Shown here: piece after piece, positions 19,980 through 31,608 of the stretch
Layout of the letters: every line of letters starts with the position of its first letter
Numbering within the stretch: the stretch's first letter is position 1
Made by a program: the position numbers and the translations under genes
The notes under the pieces: model-generated
Databases searched by the model: none
What the model saw: only the letters and a program-made list of their open reading frames with translations
What the model was told of the DNA's origin: nothing
Assembly (NCBI GenBank): GCA_965225945.1
Contig: CBDDBZ010000037.1
Span: 320,001 to 384,000 of the forward strand
From: Alphaproteobacteria bacterium
Lineage (GTDB): Bacteria; Pseudomonadota; Alphaproteobacteria; GCA-2731375
Direction of reading: 5' to 3'
Length of the DNA: 64,000 bases

Positions 19980-21500
19980 AGGCAACCGATCCACCTGCCG
20001 CCCGGTCGCCCAGGTGGGCCCACAGGAACCTCCCACGCGCGGTCCGCCGCCAGCCGCGTGGTGGGCGCGTCGGCCCGCGCGCGGGCCCCTCCTATGGACT
20101 ACCTGTACGACCTCCGCCGTGCATCCCCAAAGGGGTCAACATTGCACGCCGATAGGGGGTCAATGTTCAACGCCGATTGACACCTCCTTCAAGGTGTGGC
20201 GGTCGTAGGGAATGCCGGGGAGCGCCTTGGCGTGGAGGATGAACTGTCCGCCTTTGCAACGCTTGTTGGTGGTGGTGAGCGAGACCTTGACGCCGAACTC
20301 GTAGGGCTTCGCGGCTTTGCCTTTGCCGATGCACTCGACCTCGGGGGCATGCCATGAATAGAGCTTCCAGCCGCGCTGGCGTTGCTTCTGGCCACGGATC
20401 TGGCGGGCCCTGAGAAGCGCCGTCGCGAAGACTTCCTCCAGCGCCCGATCGCCCTCGATCTTGCGCTCGATATCACGGATGAGCCGGCCGAGCCGGGTCC
20501 GCAAGAACTTCAGCTCCCGGTTCATCCGCTTGAACTGTTTGGCGTGGGCGTATCGGCCCACCATCATCGCCGCCCGCCGCGCCACCCGAACATAGCTCTG
20601 GCGGAGCTCCACGCCATGGCGCTTGGCCAGCTCGCCGAGCTTGTCGATCGCCCTCTTCAGCAGTTTGGCGTCGGTCGGGAAGGTGATGTTCTTCGGCTGC
20701 ACCGTGGTGTCGACCGTGACCCGGGCGAGATCGCTCTTCTTCAGGGCGCCGGTGTCATGGGCAACGCGCAGGCTCTCTTGCAGCAGGATATCCAGGCGAT
20801 CACCCAGGCGCTTCCTCCAATGGCTCAATCCCGAGCGTTCGTGGGGGAGCCCGTGCTGGAAGAATTCCTCGCCGGTGAAGTACTGGAAGTAGGGATCGTG
20901 CTCCCAACGCTCCCAGAGCTGCTCGTCGGAGAGCGTGTAGGTGTGCTTCAGCACGAACATGCCGATCATGAAGCGGACCGGCTCGGCGGGTCGGCCGTTG
21001 TCGGCGAAGCGGTCCGTCAGGTGTTCCTCGATCCAGGCCCAATCGATCCTCTCGGCCAAGAGGACGAGCGGGTGGCGCATGTTGATGATGTGGTCGAGGC
21101 GCGAACGGAAGAGGTCGTCGTGATCGGCCTTGGGAGACTGCTTCGGTCGCATGGGAGCCCTCATAATCACGAGCTTGACTATAACATGAATCAGCGAAAA
21201 ATAGAACATAAAATCAAACGAAATTGCAAGAAATCCACCTTGCCTCAGGCGATTTCTTGCAAACTCGAACCGTGCCTCACGACGAATACACCAACGATGC
21301 CGCCGAAATTCGGGAATTTAACGGCCGACGAATTAGCACCCCTAATGTTACGTCCGGTATCGAAGGCGCTCCGGACGTGACCTGAGCGAAAGATGGTATA
21401 TCGCGGCGGCTGTGGCTGATGATATCAGGATGATGGCAGCCCCTTCACGCATGATCGATAAATCGGGGTCGCCCTGACCTCGAACATCGAGGAAGGAGCG

Positions 21501-22553
21501 ATGACGATGGCACATTTCGTAGGTCTGGATGTTTCGGTGAAGGAGACGGCGGTATGCGTCGTCGACGAGGTTGGCGAGGTGGTGTTGGAGCGGAAAGTGC
21601 CGACCGAGCCGGACGACATCGTCACGCTGCTGACCTCGATCGGCGTGGCCTATGGCCGGATCGGGATCGAAGCCGGTCCGCTCTCGCAATGGCTGGTCAA
21701 CGGTCTTGCCGCCGCCGGGCTGCCGGTTGTCTGCGTCGAGACTCGGCACATGAAAGCACTGCTCAAGGGGCAGCAGATCAACAAGAGCGACCGCAACGAT
21801 GCGCGCGGCATCGCCCAGATGATGCGGGTCGGGCTGTTCAAGCCGGTGCATGTGAAGACCCTGGTTGCCCAGGAGCAGCGGATGCTGCTGACCAGCCGCA
21901 AGCTGCTCCAGAGAAAACTGCTCGACGTCGAGAACGATCTACGCGGGACGCTGCGCAACTTCGGTCTCAAGGTGGGCATGGTCAGCACCCGCGGGTACGA
22001 GGCGCGGATCCGCGAGCTGGTCGAAGACTTTCCGAAGCTGGCCGCTATCGTGGAACCGCTGCTCACCGTCCGGCGAGTGATGCGCCAGCAATTCGCGGTC
22101 CTCCACAAAATGGTGCTCGACACGGTCCGCCATGACCCGGTCTGCCGACGGCTCATGACGGCACCCGGCGTCGGCGTGGTCGTCGCGCTGACCTACCGGG
22201 CTACCATTGATCAGCCGCAGCGCTTCGTTCACTCCAGGGCGGTCGGCGCGCATGTCGGCCTGACGCCGAAGCGCTTCCAGTCCGGCGAGATCGACTATGA
22301 TGGTCGCGTGTCCAAGTGCGGCGACAGCATGCTCCGCACGATGCTGTACGAGGCCGCGCAGTCCCTCCTCACCCACGGCCGGGAATGGTCCTGGCTGAAG
22401 GCGTGGGGCATGCGAGTGGCCCAGCGACGTGGCATGCGCCGTGCCATCGTCGCCGTCGCGAGGCGCCTGGCCGTAGTTCTGCACCGCATGTGGGTCGACG
22501 GCACCGAGTTCCGCTGGAGCAACGGCCCTGCTGACGCCGTCAAGGCGGCTTGA
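21501..22553 (+). CDS. IS110-family transposase/recombinase
   Basis: FVGLDVS, GIEAG, KSDRNDARGIA, HVGLTPKRFQSGE. Confidence 0.94.
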   Translation: MTMAHFVGLDVSVKETAVCVVDEVGEVVLERKVPTEPDDIVTLLTSIGVAYGRIGIEAGPLSQWLVNGLAAAGLPVVCVETRHMKALLKGQQINKSDRNDARGIAQMMRVGLFKPVHVKTLVAQEQRMLLTSRKLLQRKLLDVENDLRGTLRNFGLKVGMVSTRGYEARIRELVEDFPKLAAIVEPLLTVRRVMRQQFAVLHKMVLDTVRHDPVCRRLMTAPGVGVVVALTYRATIDQPQRFVHSRAVGAHVGLTPKRFQSGEIDYDGRVSKCGDSMLRTMLYEAAQSLLTHGREWSWLKAWGMRVAQRRGMRRAIVAVARRLAVVLHRMWVDGTEFRWSNGPADAVKAA

Positions 22554-22619
22554 ACCTTCGACTGTACTGACAAGGAGATCAACGAGTTCTGCTTAGGCAG
22601 AGAGATGTCCTCACGGGGA

Positions 22620-22760
22620 CGACGGGTGGGGTGAGTTCGTAATGTCGGTAGACCCTGCCGCTGACCGGCGGCAAGGACGCGCGAAAGATTGAACCGCCTC
22701 ATCCTCTGATCCCATCATGAGGTGGCCACGCGCCAACCTCGAAGAGAAGCAAGAGCCCCG
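22620..22760 (+). ncRNA. Putative bridge/seekRNA of IS110 no. 2 (second copy at ~52706-52846)
   Basis: Two stem-enclosed internal loops. Guides AATGTCGG/GCGAAAG match both observed targets. ATCCCATC/AGAGAAG match the donor junction. Confidence 0.78.
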
Positions 22761-22949
22761 TGCGGCAACATCCGCCAGTGCGGAACGACGTGAAGAAGGA
22801 ATATGGCATGACGTAACCAGAAAGGGCTTGACCGAGGACGCGATAGAGAAGACGACATTCGAGCTTAAGGGACGTGATACTCAACTCGTAAAGTTGATTA
22901 TTGAGTCCCCTTATCCACCCGACGCCCGCTGGATTGCCGCGGCCCCTTA

Positions 22950-23555
22950 TACCAATCGGCATTAATCAGAACTCATGCGCCCATTTACGCCGCCCGATGG
23001 ACGTGATGTTCCATGGTTGATCGATGAGCTTGTTCCAGGCTTCGCAGCAGGAGGTGATGATCTGCTCGTCGGATTGGAAGACCAAGTTGGACAGCCAGTT
23101 GTCGCGCATGAACTGCCAGATGTTTTCGGTCGGATTGAGCTCCGGCGAGCGTGGTGGCAGGGGCAGGAGGGTAACGTTGGCGGGGATCTTCAGCTTGTCC
23201 GTGGTGTGCCAACCCGCCTGATCGAGGAGCAGGAGGGCATGCGCGCGCGCGCCTACCCGGGAGGAGATCTCCTCCAGATGCAGCTGCATGGCCTGGGTGT
23301 CGCAGTGGGGGAGCACGACCCGACGCCCGCTGGATTGCCGCGGCCCCTTAGAGGTGTGTGCAATTTCGCCGTCGAGCGGGCGCGCTACTCCGCCGCCTCG
23401 GCCATCCGCGCCGCGCCGATTTCGCGCGGGCTGACCCGCTTGGCCCGCTCCATCGGCTTCGGCCAGGCCAAGTGCTCCCATTCGTCTTCCCACAGGTCGG
23501 TGAGCTGCGGCATCCGCCGCACTCAAAGTGAGTCTCCCTCAAGGCCGATTGGTAT
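22950..23555 (-). mobile_element. IS630-family remnant (transposase C-terminus 22966-23317)
   Basis: IR TACCAATCGGC/GCCGATTGGTA with TTA on both sides. Protein LDQAGWH...LPPRSPELNPTENIWQ. The N-terminal part is replaced by a copy of flanking DNA. Confidence 0.85.
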
Positions 23556-24858
23556 TAGAGGTGTGTGCAATTTCGCCGTCGAGCGGGCGCGCTACTCCGC
23601 CGCCTCGGCCATCCGCGCCGCGCCGATTTCGCGCGGGCTGACCCGCTTGCTCCATCGGCTTCGGCCAGGCCAAGTGCTCCCATTCGTCTTCCCACAGGTC
23701 GGTGAGCTGCGGCATCACCTGTTTGGCGAAGAGCTCGGTGTTGTACTGCGCCAAATCCTTGCTCATGTTGCCGAACTGCAAAAGCATCATCAGGTTGCCC
23801 AGGTTGAACTCGTGGGCGATGGCGCGCAGTTGCTCGGCCACCTCGTCGGGCGTGCCGACGATGACGTAGCCTTGCTCCAGGATGTGGTCGAACTCGGTGG
23901 CGACGTTGAAGCGCTGGATCGCCTTGCTGGCGGCCTGCGCGATCTGGCTTTCCACCTTGGCGCGGATCGTCGCCTCGCTCATGTAGCCGGGCGGGCTCGC
24001 GAATTTGGGGCTGACGTGGAGGCAGCGCCCGTAGAAATATTCCGCCGGCTCCTTGTAGAGTTTCAACGCCTCCTCTCGGCTTTCGGCGACGCCGACGAAC
24101 TGCAGGAAGCCGGCGCGAAACGGATTGCGATCCTTGCCCAGCTTCTCCATCTCGGCCCAGAAGCCGGCCATGGTGCGACGGCCGGCCTTGTTGCCGAAAT
24201 AGGAGAGGTAGCAGTAGACGTAGTCCATCGCCGCGCACCACTGCCAGGTCTCGATCGAGCCACCGCCCGGGATCCAGACCGGCGGATGCGGCTTCTGCAC
24301 CGGGCGCGGCCAGATGTTGACGTAGCGCTGCTGGGTCCAGCGGCCGTTGAAGGCGAAGGGCTCTTCCTCCGTCCATGCCCGCATCACCAGGTCGTGCGCC
24401 TCGTGATAGCGGGGCCGCAGCAGGCTCGGGTTCTGGCCGTAGGCGTAGCAGGTGTCCATCGGAGAGCCGACGGGGAAGCCGGCGATCAGCCGGCCGCCCG
24501 AGATGCAGTCGATCATCGCGAACTCTTCCGCCACCCGGACCGGCGGGTTGTAGAGCGCCAAGCTGTTGCCCATGACGCAGAGCGCGGTGTCGCGGGTGCG
24601 GCGCGCCAGCGAGGCGGCGATCAGGTTGGGCGAGGGCATCAGGCCGTAGCCGTTGTTGTGATGCTCGTTGACGCAGATCGCGTCGAAGCCCATCTCGGAG
24701 GCGAACTCGAGCTCGTCCATGAACTCGTTGTACATCTCGTGCGCGCGCTCGGGATCGAACAGCTCGGAGGGGATGTCGACCCAGACGGAATGGTGCTTCT
24801 CGCGAAAATCGTCGGGCAGCTCCGTATAGGGCATCAGGTGAAACCACAAGAGCTTCAT
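23539..24858 (-). CDS. LLM-class flavin-dependent oxidoreductase (3' end altered by a 5-bp deletion)
   Basis: GFDAICVNEHH, RVAEEFAMIDCISGGRL, WPRPVQKPHPPVW. The likely original C-terminus (MERAKRVSPREIG...AE*) is preserved in the duplicate at 23385-23514. Confidence 0.88.
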   Translation of the reverse strand: MKLLWFHLMPYTELPDDFREKHHSVWVDIPSELFDPERAHEMYNEFMDELEFASEMGFDAICVNEHHNNGYGLMPSPNLIAASLARRTRDTALCVMGNSLALYNPPVRVAEEFAMIDCISGGRLIAGFPVGSPMDTCYAYGQNPSLLRPRYHEAHDLVMRAWTEEEPFAFNGRWTQQRYVNIWPRPVQKPHPPVWIPGGGSIETWQWCAAMDYVYCYLSYFGNKAGRRTMAGFWAEMEKLGKDRNPFRAGFLQFVGVAESREEALKLYKEPAEYFYGRCLHVSPKFASPPGYMSEATIRAKVESQIAQAASKAIQRFNVATEFDHILEQGYVIVGTPDEVAEQLRAIAHEFNLGNLMMLLQFGNMSKDLAQYNTELFAKQVMPQLTDLWEDEWEHLAWPKPMEQAGQPARNRRGADGRGGGVARPLDGEIAHTSNTNRP

Positions 24859-24908
24859 GGGCTGGCTCCTCGAAATCGAACTCGCGTTCGAAAACTTTAA
24901 CATATTCG

Positions 24909-26192
24909 TTATGCCGCGCGCTCCAGCACGGCGACGAAAAATCCGTCGGTGCCGTGGCGGGCTGGCGTCAGCACCAGGCTCGGGCCCTCGAGAGGCGCTG
25001 CGCCGTCCAGCACCCGGGGCCAGATATCCGCGATGTCGAGCTGTCGAAACGCCGACTGCGCGGCGAGAAACGCCTCGATGACGTCTTCCCCCTCGGCCCG
25101 AAGCGGCGAGCAGACGGCGTATATCAGGCGTCCACCGGGCTTGACGAAGCCGGCGCCCTTGGCGAGCAACGCGCGCTGCCGCTGGCTGTGACGCGCCAGG
25201 TGTTCGGGCGTGAGCCTGAGCCGTCCCTCCGGCTGGCGCCGCCAGGTGCCGATGCCGGAACACGGCGCGTCGACCAGCACGCGATCCGCCCGTTCCCCGA
25301 GATCGGCGCGCCAGGCCGCGTCGTCGGGCAGTGCGCGGGCCTGCACGTTTCGCACACCGGCCCGTTGCACCCGTCGTTTCAGTTCGGCCAGGCGGGAATT
25401 GTCGATGTCGAAGGCGTGGATCTGTCCGCTGTTGGCCATAACCGCCGCCAGCGCCAGGGTCTTGCCGCCGGCGCCGGCGCAGAGGTCGACCACCTGGCTG
25501 CCGGAGCTTGCCTCGACCAGCCGGGAGACGATCTGCGAGGCCTCGTCCTGAACCTCGATCCGGCCCTCGCGGGTGAGCACGTGGTTTTCCAGCGCTGGGC
25601 GCCCCTCCAGCCGGATGCCGTCGGGCGAAAACGGCGAGGCCTGCGCCGCGATGCCATCCTTGGTCAGGCGGCGCAACACGCCGTCGCGCTCGGCGCGGAG
25701 GCGATTGACGCGGAGGTCGACCGGCGCCCGGGTATTGAGGGCCGCGAGCTCGGGCCCGCTATCGCCGCCAAATCGCGCCTCGAAATCGGGCCAGAGCCAG
25801 GCCGGCGCGTTGGCCCTCGCCCATGCCGGGGGAGCTGCCCCCGTCGCCTCGAGGCGGGCCACCAGCCCGGCTTCCTCCGCGTCCAGCGGCGGGGGCCCGT
25901 GGGTTTCGCCGGCGAAGATCGCCTCGGGCGCCAAGTCGCCCTCCCGCGCCGTCGCCAGATGCGCCAACATCAGGCGGCGCGCAACGACGCCCGAGCCCTC
26001 CAGCCGCCAGGACAACTCGAACCAGCGCCGTAATACCCGGTAGACCGCGTCGCCGGTCCAGCGTCGGTCCTTGGCGCCGGCATAGCGGCGGGAGCGGAAA
26101 TAATGGCGAATTTCGGCGTCGGCCGGCGCGCCGCCGCCGGCGATCCGATCGAGGATTTCGATCGCGGCCTGGACCCGCGCCGCCGGCCGCAT
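24909..26192 (-). CDS. RsmB/NOP family SAM-dependent RNA methyltransferase
   Basis: QDEASQ, DLCAGAGGKT, VDAPCSG, YAVCS, TDGFF. Confidence 0.92.
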   Translation of the reverse strand: MRPAARVQAAIEILDRIAGGGAPADAEIRHYFRSRRYAGAKDRRWTGDAVYRVLRRWFELSWRLEGSGVVARRLMLAHLATAREGDLAPEAIFAGETHGPPPLDAEEAGLVARLEATGAAPPAWARANAPAWLWPDFEARFGGDSGPELAALNTRAPVDLRVNRLRAERDGVLRRLTKDGIAAQASPFSPDGIRLEGRPALENHVLTREGRIEVQDEASQIVSRLVEASSGSQVVDLCAGAGGKTLALAAVMANSGQIHAFDIDNSRLAELKRRVQRAGVRNVQARALPDDAAWRADLGERADRVLVDAPCSGIGTWRRQPEGRLRLTPEHLARHSQRQRALLAKGAGFVKPGGRLIYAVCSPLRAEGEDVIEAFLAAQSAFRQLDIADIWPRVLDGAAPLEGPSLVLTPARHGTDGFFVAVLERAA

Positions 26193-26206
26193 CGCGCTTC
26201 CTCGCT

Positions 26207-27703
<1,497 letters not shown>

Positions 27704-27755
27704 CTATGCCACGACGGCGCCCGAATGGGTAGGCCGGATGGCACGATTCAGGGCG

Positions 27756-28463
27756 TCAATCAGTCGCGCCCGCCGCCGCCTCGGCGTGAAAGTCGCCGCC
27801 GAGGACGCCGGCCTCGTCGGCACCGAAGATTTTCGGCTGGCTCCGGCGGAAGGCCGCCTCGATATCGGCGTAGGGCAGATCGTCGTGCACGCCCCGATCG
27901 CGGACGTATTCCATGTGGCGTCGGCCCGCCTTGTCGTGGGGGTGGAAGAGGGAATCCTCGACGCCGTCGAACTCCAGCGATTCGACGCCGAATTTCTCGC
28001 AGAGCGAAAGATTGAAGGCGGGCGTCGCCTTGACCCAGCGGGTCCCCAACTTCACGTCGGCATAGCCGTGATAGACGAAGAGGTCGCCGCCGTTGTATTC
28101 CAGCAGCCGTTCCGTCGCCAGGTGATTGCGCACGTCGCCGAAGCCGAGGCGGGCGGGCACGCGCTCGGCCCTGAGGCAGGCCGTCAGCAGGACCGCCTTG
28201 GTGATGCAGAAACCATGGCCGCGATCGATGCAGGCGCTGGCGCGAAAGTGCTCGGGCCGCAGCACCACGCGGTAGGGGTCGTAGCGAAATTCGTCGCGCA
28301 CGGCGTAGTAGAGCAGAATCGCCTTCTCCCTCGGCGTCGTCGCGCCGGCCGCGCGATCGCGCGCAAAGGCGACGACCTTGGGGTGATCGCTGTCGATGAA
28401 CTCGCTCGCTCGAAGATGGCGTTCGAGGGCCGGATCCTCGCGGCTCGCCTCGGCTGGATGCAT
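27756..28463 (-). CDS. Transglutaminase-like family protein
   Basis: [20 protein letters not shown] (catalytic Cys), HGY, WVKATP. Confidence 0.82.
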   Translation of the reverse strand: MHPAEASREDPALERHLRASEFIDSDHPKVVAFARDRAAGATTPREKAILLYYAVRDEFRYDPYRVVLRPEHFRASACIDRGHGFCITKAVLLTACLRAERVPARLGFGDVRNHLATERLLEYNGGDLFVYHGYADVKLGTRWVKATPAFNLSLCEKFGVESLEFDGVEDSLFHPHDKAGRRHMEYVRDRGVHDDLPYADIEAAFRRSQPKIFGADEAGVLGGDFHAEAAAGATD

Positions 28464-28497
28464 GATCGTCTCCTCCACGATTCCGTGGCTGATAGCA

Positions 28498-29235
28498 TCA
28501 TCGCTCAACGCTGGAAAGGGCTTCGCCGCGCCCCCCGGCGGCGCCGCGAAAACCCGTCGCCAACAGGTATATCTCGGCGCTCTCCTTGCGGCTCGCCGGC
28601 GGCTTGACGTGGCGGACCTGGCGAAAGCTCCGCTTCAGATCGGCCAGCAGCTCGGCTTCGGTGCCGCCCTGCCAGACCTTGGCGACGAAGCCGCCACCCT
28701 CCGCCAGCACGTCGGCGGCCAGTGCCGCCGCCGCCTCCACCAGGGCGACGATACGCAGATGATCGGTCGCCCGGTGGCCGGTCGTGCTCGGTGCCATGTC
28801 GCTCAGCACGAGATCGATGCGCCCCGCAATGGCCTCGAGGATTGTCCTCGTCGTCGCGGGATCGAAGATATCTCCGAGCAACACCTCAGCCCCCGGCACC
28901 GCCGTCATCTCCTGGATGTCGAGGGAGAGGAGGCGTCCGCCGCCCGCCTCGCCGGCGCCGATCGCGGCCGCCGCCACCTGGCTCCAGCCGCCGGGCGCGG
29001 CGCCGAGGTCGAGCACCTTAGCGCCCCGCGCCAGCAGCGAATAGCGCTGGTTCAGCTCGAGCAGCTTGTAGGCGGCGCGAGAGCGATAGCCCTCGTCCCG
29101 GGCGGCCCTGACGTAAGGGTCGTTCAGTTGCCGTTCGAGCCAGCGGGTCGAGCCGGCGCTCCGGCCCTTGGCGGTCTTGACCTTGATCTTGGGCGCCCGG
29201 CCCGCGCCGCCGCCCAGCTGAGATGATTTTGCCAT
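28498..29235 (-). CDS. rlmE: 23S rRNA Um2552 methyltransferase
   Basis: [44 protein letters not shown]. Confidence 0.95.
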   Translation of the reverse strand: MAKSSQLGGGAGRAPKIKVKTAKGRSAGSTRWLERQLNDPYVRAARDEGYRSRAAYKLLELNQRYSLLARGAKVLDLGAAPGGWSQVAAAAIGAGEAGGGRLLSLDIQEMTAVPGAEVLLGDIFDPATTRTILEAIAGRIDLVLSDMAPSTTGHRATDHLRIVALVEAAAALAADVLAEGGGFVAKVWQGGTEAELLADLKRSFRQVRHVKPPASRKESAEIYLLATGFRGAAGGRGEALSSVER

Positions 29236-29247
29236 CGACCGCCCCGA

Positions 29248-30330
29248 CTAGTCGGCGCGGGCGCGGCGGGCTTCGTGGTCGGCGCCGCGCATCAGTTCTC
29301 GCAGCAAGCCCTCTCGAATGCCGCGATCGGCGACCCGAAGGTCGCCCACCGGCCAAGTCCGGCAAATCGCTTCCAATATGGCGCAGCCCGCCACCACCAT
29401 GTCGGCGCGATCGGGGCCGATGCAAAGATGTGCCGCGCGCTGGTCGTAGTTCATCGCCCGGAGCCGGGCCGCCACCCCCAAGGCCTCCTCGAAACTGAGC
29501 CAAACGCCGTCGACCCGGCTTCGATCATAGCGTTCGAGCCCGAGATGGATGCCCGCCAGCGTCGTCACCGTGCCCGACGTACCCAGCATCTGCACTTCGC
29601 CTCGCGCGATCGCCGCCTCGATCTCGGCGGGATCCTCGAAGGCGCCAAGCTCGCGCGCGACCTCCTCGATCATCCGTTCGTAGACGTCCTTGGAGATCCA
29701 GCCGCCGCCGTGCCGCTCGGCCAGCGTCACCACGCCCAGGGGGGCTGAGATCGTGGCGAGGCGGCTCGGCCGGGTACGACGGTCGAGGCGGATCACTTCG
29801 GTGCTGCCACCGCCGATATCGAACACCAGCACCTGGCTCGCGCGCCGCGAGATCAGGGGCAGGCAGCCGGAGATCGCGAGGCGGGCTTCCTCGTCGGTGC
29901 TGATGATTTCGAGATCGAGCCCGGTCTCCCGGCTCACCCGTTCCAGGAAATCGACACGGTTTTCGGCCTTGCGGCAGGTCTCCGTCGCGACCAATCGGGC
30001 GCGGGTCACGCGGCGGCGGAGGATCTTGCGGGCACAGATGGCGAGCGCCTGGATCGTCCGATCCATCGCCGGCTCGGAGATTTTGCCGCTCGCGCCGACG
30101 CCCTCGCCGAGGCGCACGATGCGTGAGAAGGCATCGATGACGCGGAAGCCACGCTGCGTCGCCCGCGCCACGAGCAAGCGACAGTTGTTGGTGCCGAGAT
30201 CGAGCGCCGCATAGGTGTGGGCGAACCGCCCGTTGCCGCGTCGTCGCCCGTCATGGTTCGCCGCCGACGAAGCCTTCTCCCTGGGTCGGCCGGCGCGTTT
30301 GTCGACCCTCGCGACGTCCATATTTCTCAT
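29248..30330 (-). CDS. Ppx/GppA family phosphatase
   Basis: ALDLGTNNCRLL, VRLGEG, DIGGGSTE, GTSGTVTT, DRGIREG. GGAGG RBS precedes ATG 30330. Confidence 0.9.
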   Translation of the reverse strand: MRNMDVARVDKRAGRPREKASSAANHDGRRRGNGRFAHTYAALDLGTNNCRLLVARATQRGFRVIDAFSRIVRLGEGVGASGKISEPAMDRTIQALAICARKILRRRVTRARLVATETCRKAENRVDFLERVSRETGLDLEIISTDEEARLAISGCLPLISRRASQVLVFDIGGGSTEVIRLDRRTRPSRLATISAPLGVVTLAERHGGGWISKDVYERMIEEVARELGAFEDPAEIEAAIARGEVQMLGTSGTVTTLAGIHLGLERYDRSRVDGVWLSFEEALGVAARLRAMNYDQRAAHLCIGPDRADMVVAGCAILEAICRTWPVGDLRVADRGIREGLLRELMRGADHEARRARAD

Positions 30331-30504
30331 GCCTCCGTGCCAAGCATCTCGCATGGCGACGGCGCGCGCAACCGCCGGGGCGAGATCTCGGCGCACCTGG
30401 AGATTGGCGTCACCGGCGGATTTGGCTAGGCTCGTGCTCGGAAGCGCATTCACCTGGGAAAGTCGGCTCCGACTTATCCGTTGACGGATTGACGAACTTT
30501 CCAC

Positions 30505-31560
30505 ATGGCCCTGCTCACGACCACGATCGGCGCCTATCCGAAACCGGACTACGTGCCGATCGGTGATTGGTTCAGCGCACCCAATGGTCCTGACACGGCC
30601 GATCCGACCAAGGCTTACGCGGCGGAGATGACCGGGGCCGGCGACGGCGCCGAGGCGCTTTTCCGCAGGGCGACGCGCGAGGTCATCGAGGATCAGCTGG
30701 CCGTCGGCATCGACATTCCGACCGACGGCGAGGTCCGGCGGGAGAACTACATCCACTACCACTGCCGCCACCTGGACGGAATCGACTTCGACGTGATCAC
30801 GGAATGGAGAATGCGGGGTCACTACATGGCCCGCGTGCCGACGATCACGGGTCCGCTCAGAGCGGGTGCGCCCTTTCTCGCGGCGGAATGGACGGTGGCG
30901 CAAGGGAATTGTGAACGACCGGTGAAAGCGACCCTGCCGGGCCCGATGACGATCGCCAACTCCGTGGCCGATGCCTATTACGGTGATGGCGAGACGCGGG
31001 ACCGCGATCTCGCCATCGCCCTGAATGCCGAGGTCCTCAGCCTCGCCAAGGCCGGCTGCCAGCACATTCAGATCGACGAGCCGCTCTTCGCCCGCCAGCC
31101 GGAAAGAGCGCTCGGCTTCGGGATCGCCAATCTCGAGCGCTGCTTCGCGGGCCTCGACGACACGGTCACCAAGACGATGCACATGTGCTGCGGCTATCCG
31201 AAGGGGCTCGACGTTGCCGACTACCCGAAGGCGCCGATGTCCAGTTATCCCGCCTTGGCCGAGGCCCTCGATCAATCGTGCATCGACGCCGTCAGCTTGG
31301 AGGACGCGCATCGCCATAACGATCTCGAGGGGCTGTTGGGCCGCTTTCGAGAATCGATCGTCATCCTTGGCTCCGTCGCCATCGCCGCAAGCGAGATCGA
31401 GCCGATCGCGCAAATTGCCGAGCGGCTTCGCGAGGCGCTCGGCACTATCGAGGCCGAACGGCTCTGGGTCGCGCCTGACTGCGGGCTCGGCCTCCTCGGC
31501 CGCGAACGAGCCATGGCGAAGCTTGCCAACATGTGCCTGGCGGCCCGTCAGGTCGGTTGA
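30505..31560 (+). CDS. Cobalamin-independent methionine synthase II family protein
   Basis: TTTIGAYPKP, PTDGEVRRE, IQIDEP, HMCCGY, APDCGL. Confidence 0.88.
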   Translation: MALLTTTIGAYPKPDYVPIGDWFSAPNGPDTADPTKAYAAEMTGAGDGAEALFRRATREVIEDQLAVGIDIPTDGEVRRENYIHYHCRHLDGIDFDVITEWRMRGHYMARVPTITGPLRAGAPFLAAEWTVAQGNCERPVKATLPGPMTIANSVADAYYGDGETRDRDLAIALNAEVLSLAKAGCQHIQIDEPLFARQPERALGFGIANLERCFAGLDDTVTKTMHMCCGYPKGLDVADYPKAPMSSYPALAEALDQSCIDAVSLEDAHRHNDLEGLLGRFRESIVILGSVAIAASEIEPIAQIAERLREALGTIEAERLWVAPDCGLGLLGRERAMAKLANMCLAARQVG

Positions 31561-31608
31561 GCACTTGCGCTCCGTCCGTCCGCACTTCCCGGCGGCTTCA
31601 CGGGGAAC

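Larger units (their letters stand above)
17638..20182 (+). mobile_element. IS21-family element, copy 1 (2545 bp)
   Basis: TGT...ACA ends, repeated sub-terminal GGGGTCAA boxes, 7-bp TSD CCTCCTT (17631-17637, 20183-20189). Confidence 0.95.
17269..21152 (-). pseudogene. IS5-family transposase split by IS21 (21152-20183 and 17637-17269)
   Basis: N-part: VDTTVQPKNI, HAPEVECIGKGK...EFGVK. C-part: YVDKGYRGH, RRSAIEAVIGHCK. The frame rejoins at LKE|VLEE. Confidence 0.9.
17143..21329 (-). mobile_element. IS5-family element interrupted by IS21
   Basis: IR GTCGGCTGTTAA / TTAACGGCCGAC. 6-bp DR GAATTA at 17137-17142 and 21330-21335. Confidence 0.85.
21390..22851 (+). mobile_element. IS110-family element no. 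2 (IS1111-type), intact copy
   Basis: Boundaries set by comparison with the copy at 48924-54285. AAG core, sub-terminal IR TATCGCG/CGCGATA, ~300-bp 3' non-coding region. Confidence 0.9.

Noticed and set aside
20130-20182. Repeated GGGGTCAA...ACGCCGAT units as a CRISPR or iteron array
   Set aside because: They are the normal multiple terminal repeats of IS21 ends. No repeat-spacer array or cas gene was seen anywhere in the window.
22828-22851. Circle-junction sigma70 promoter for the IS110 elements
   Set aside because: TTGAC is present at both right ends, but the best TAT-containing -10 candidate falls 22 nt away in the predicted junction, so no promoter was called.
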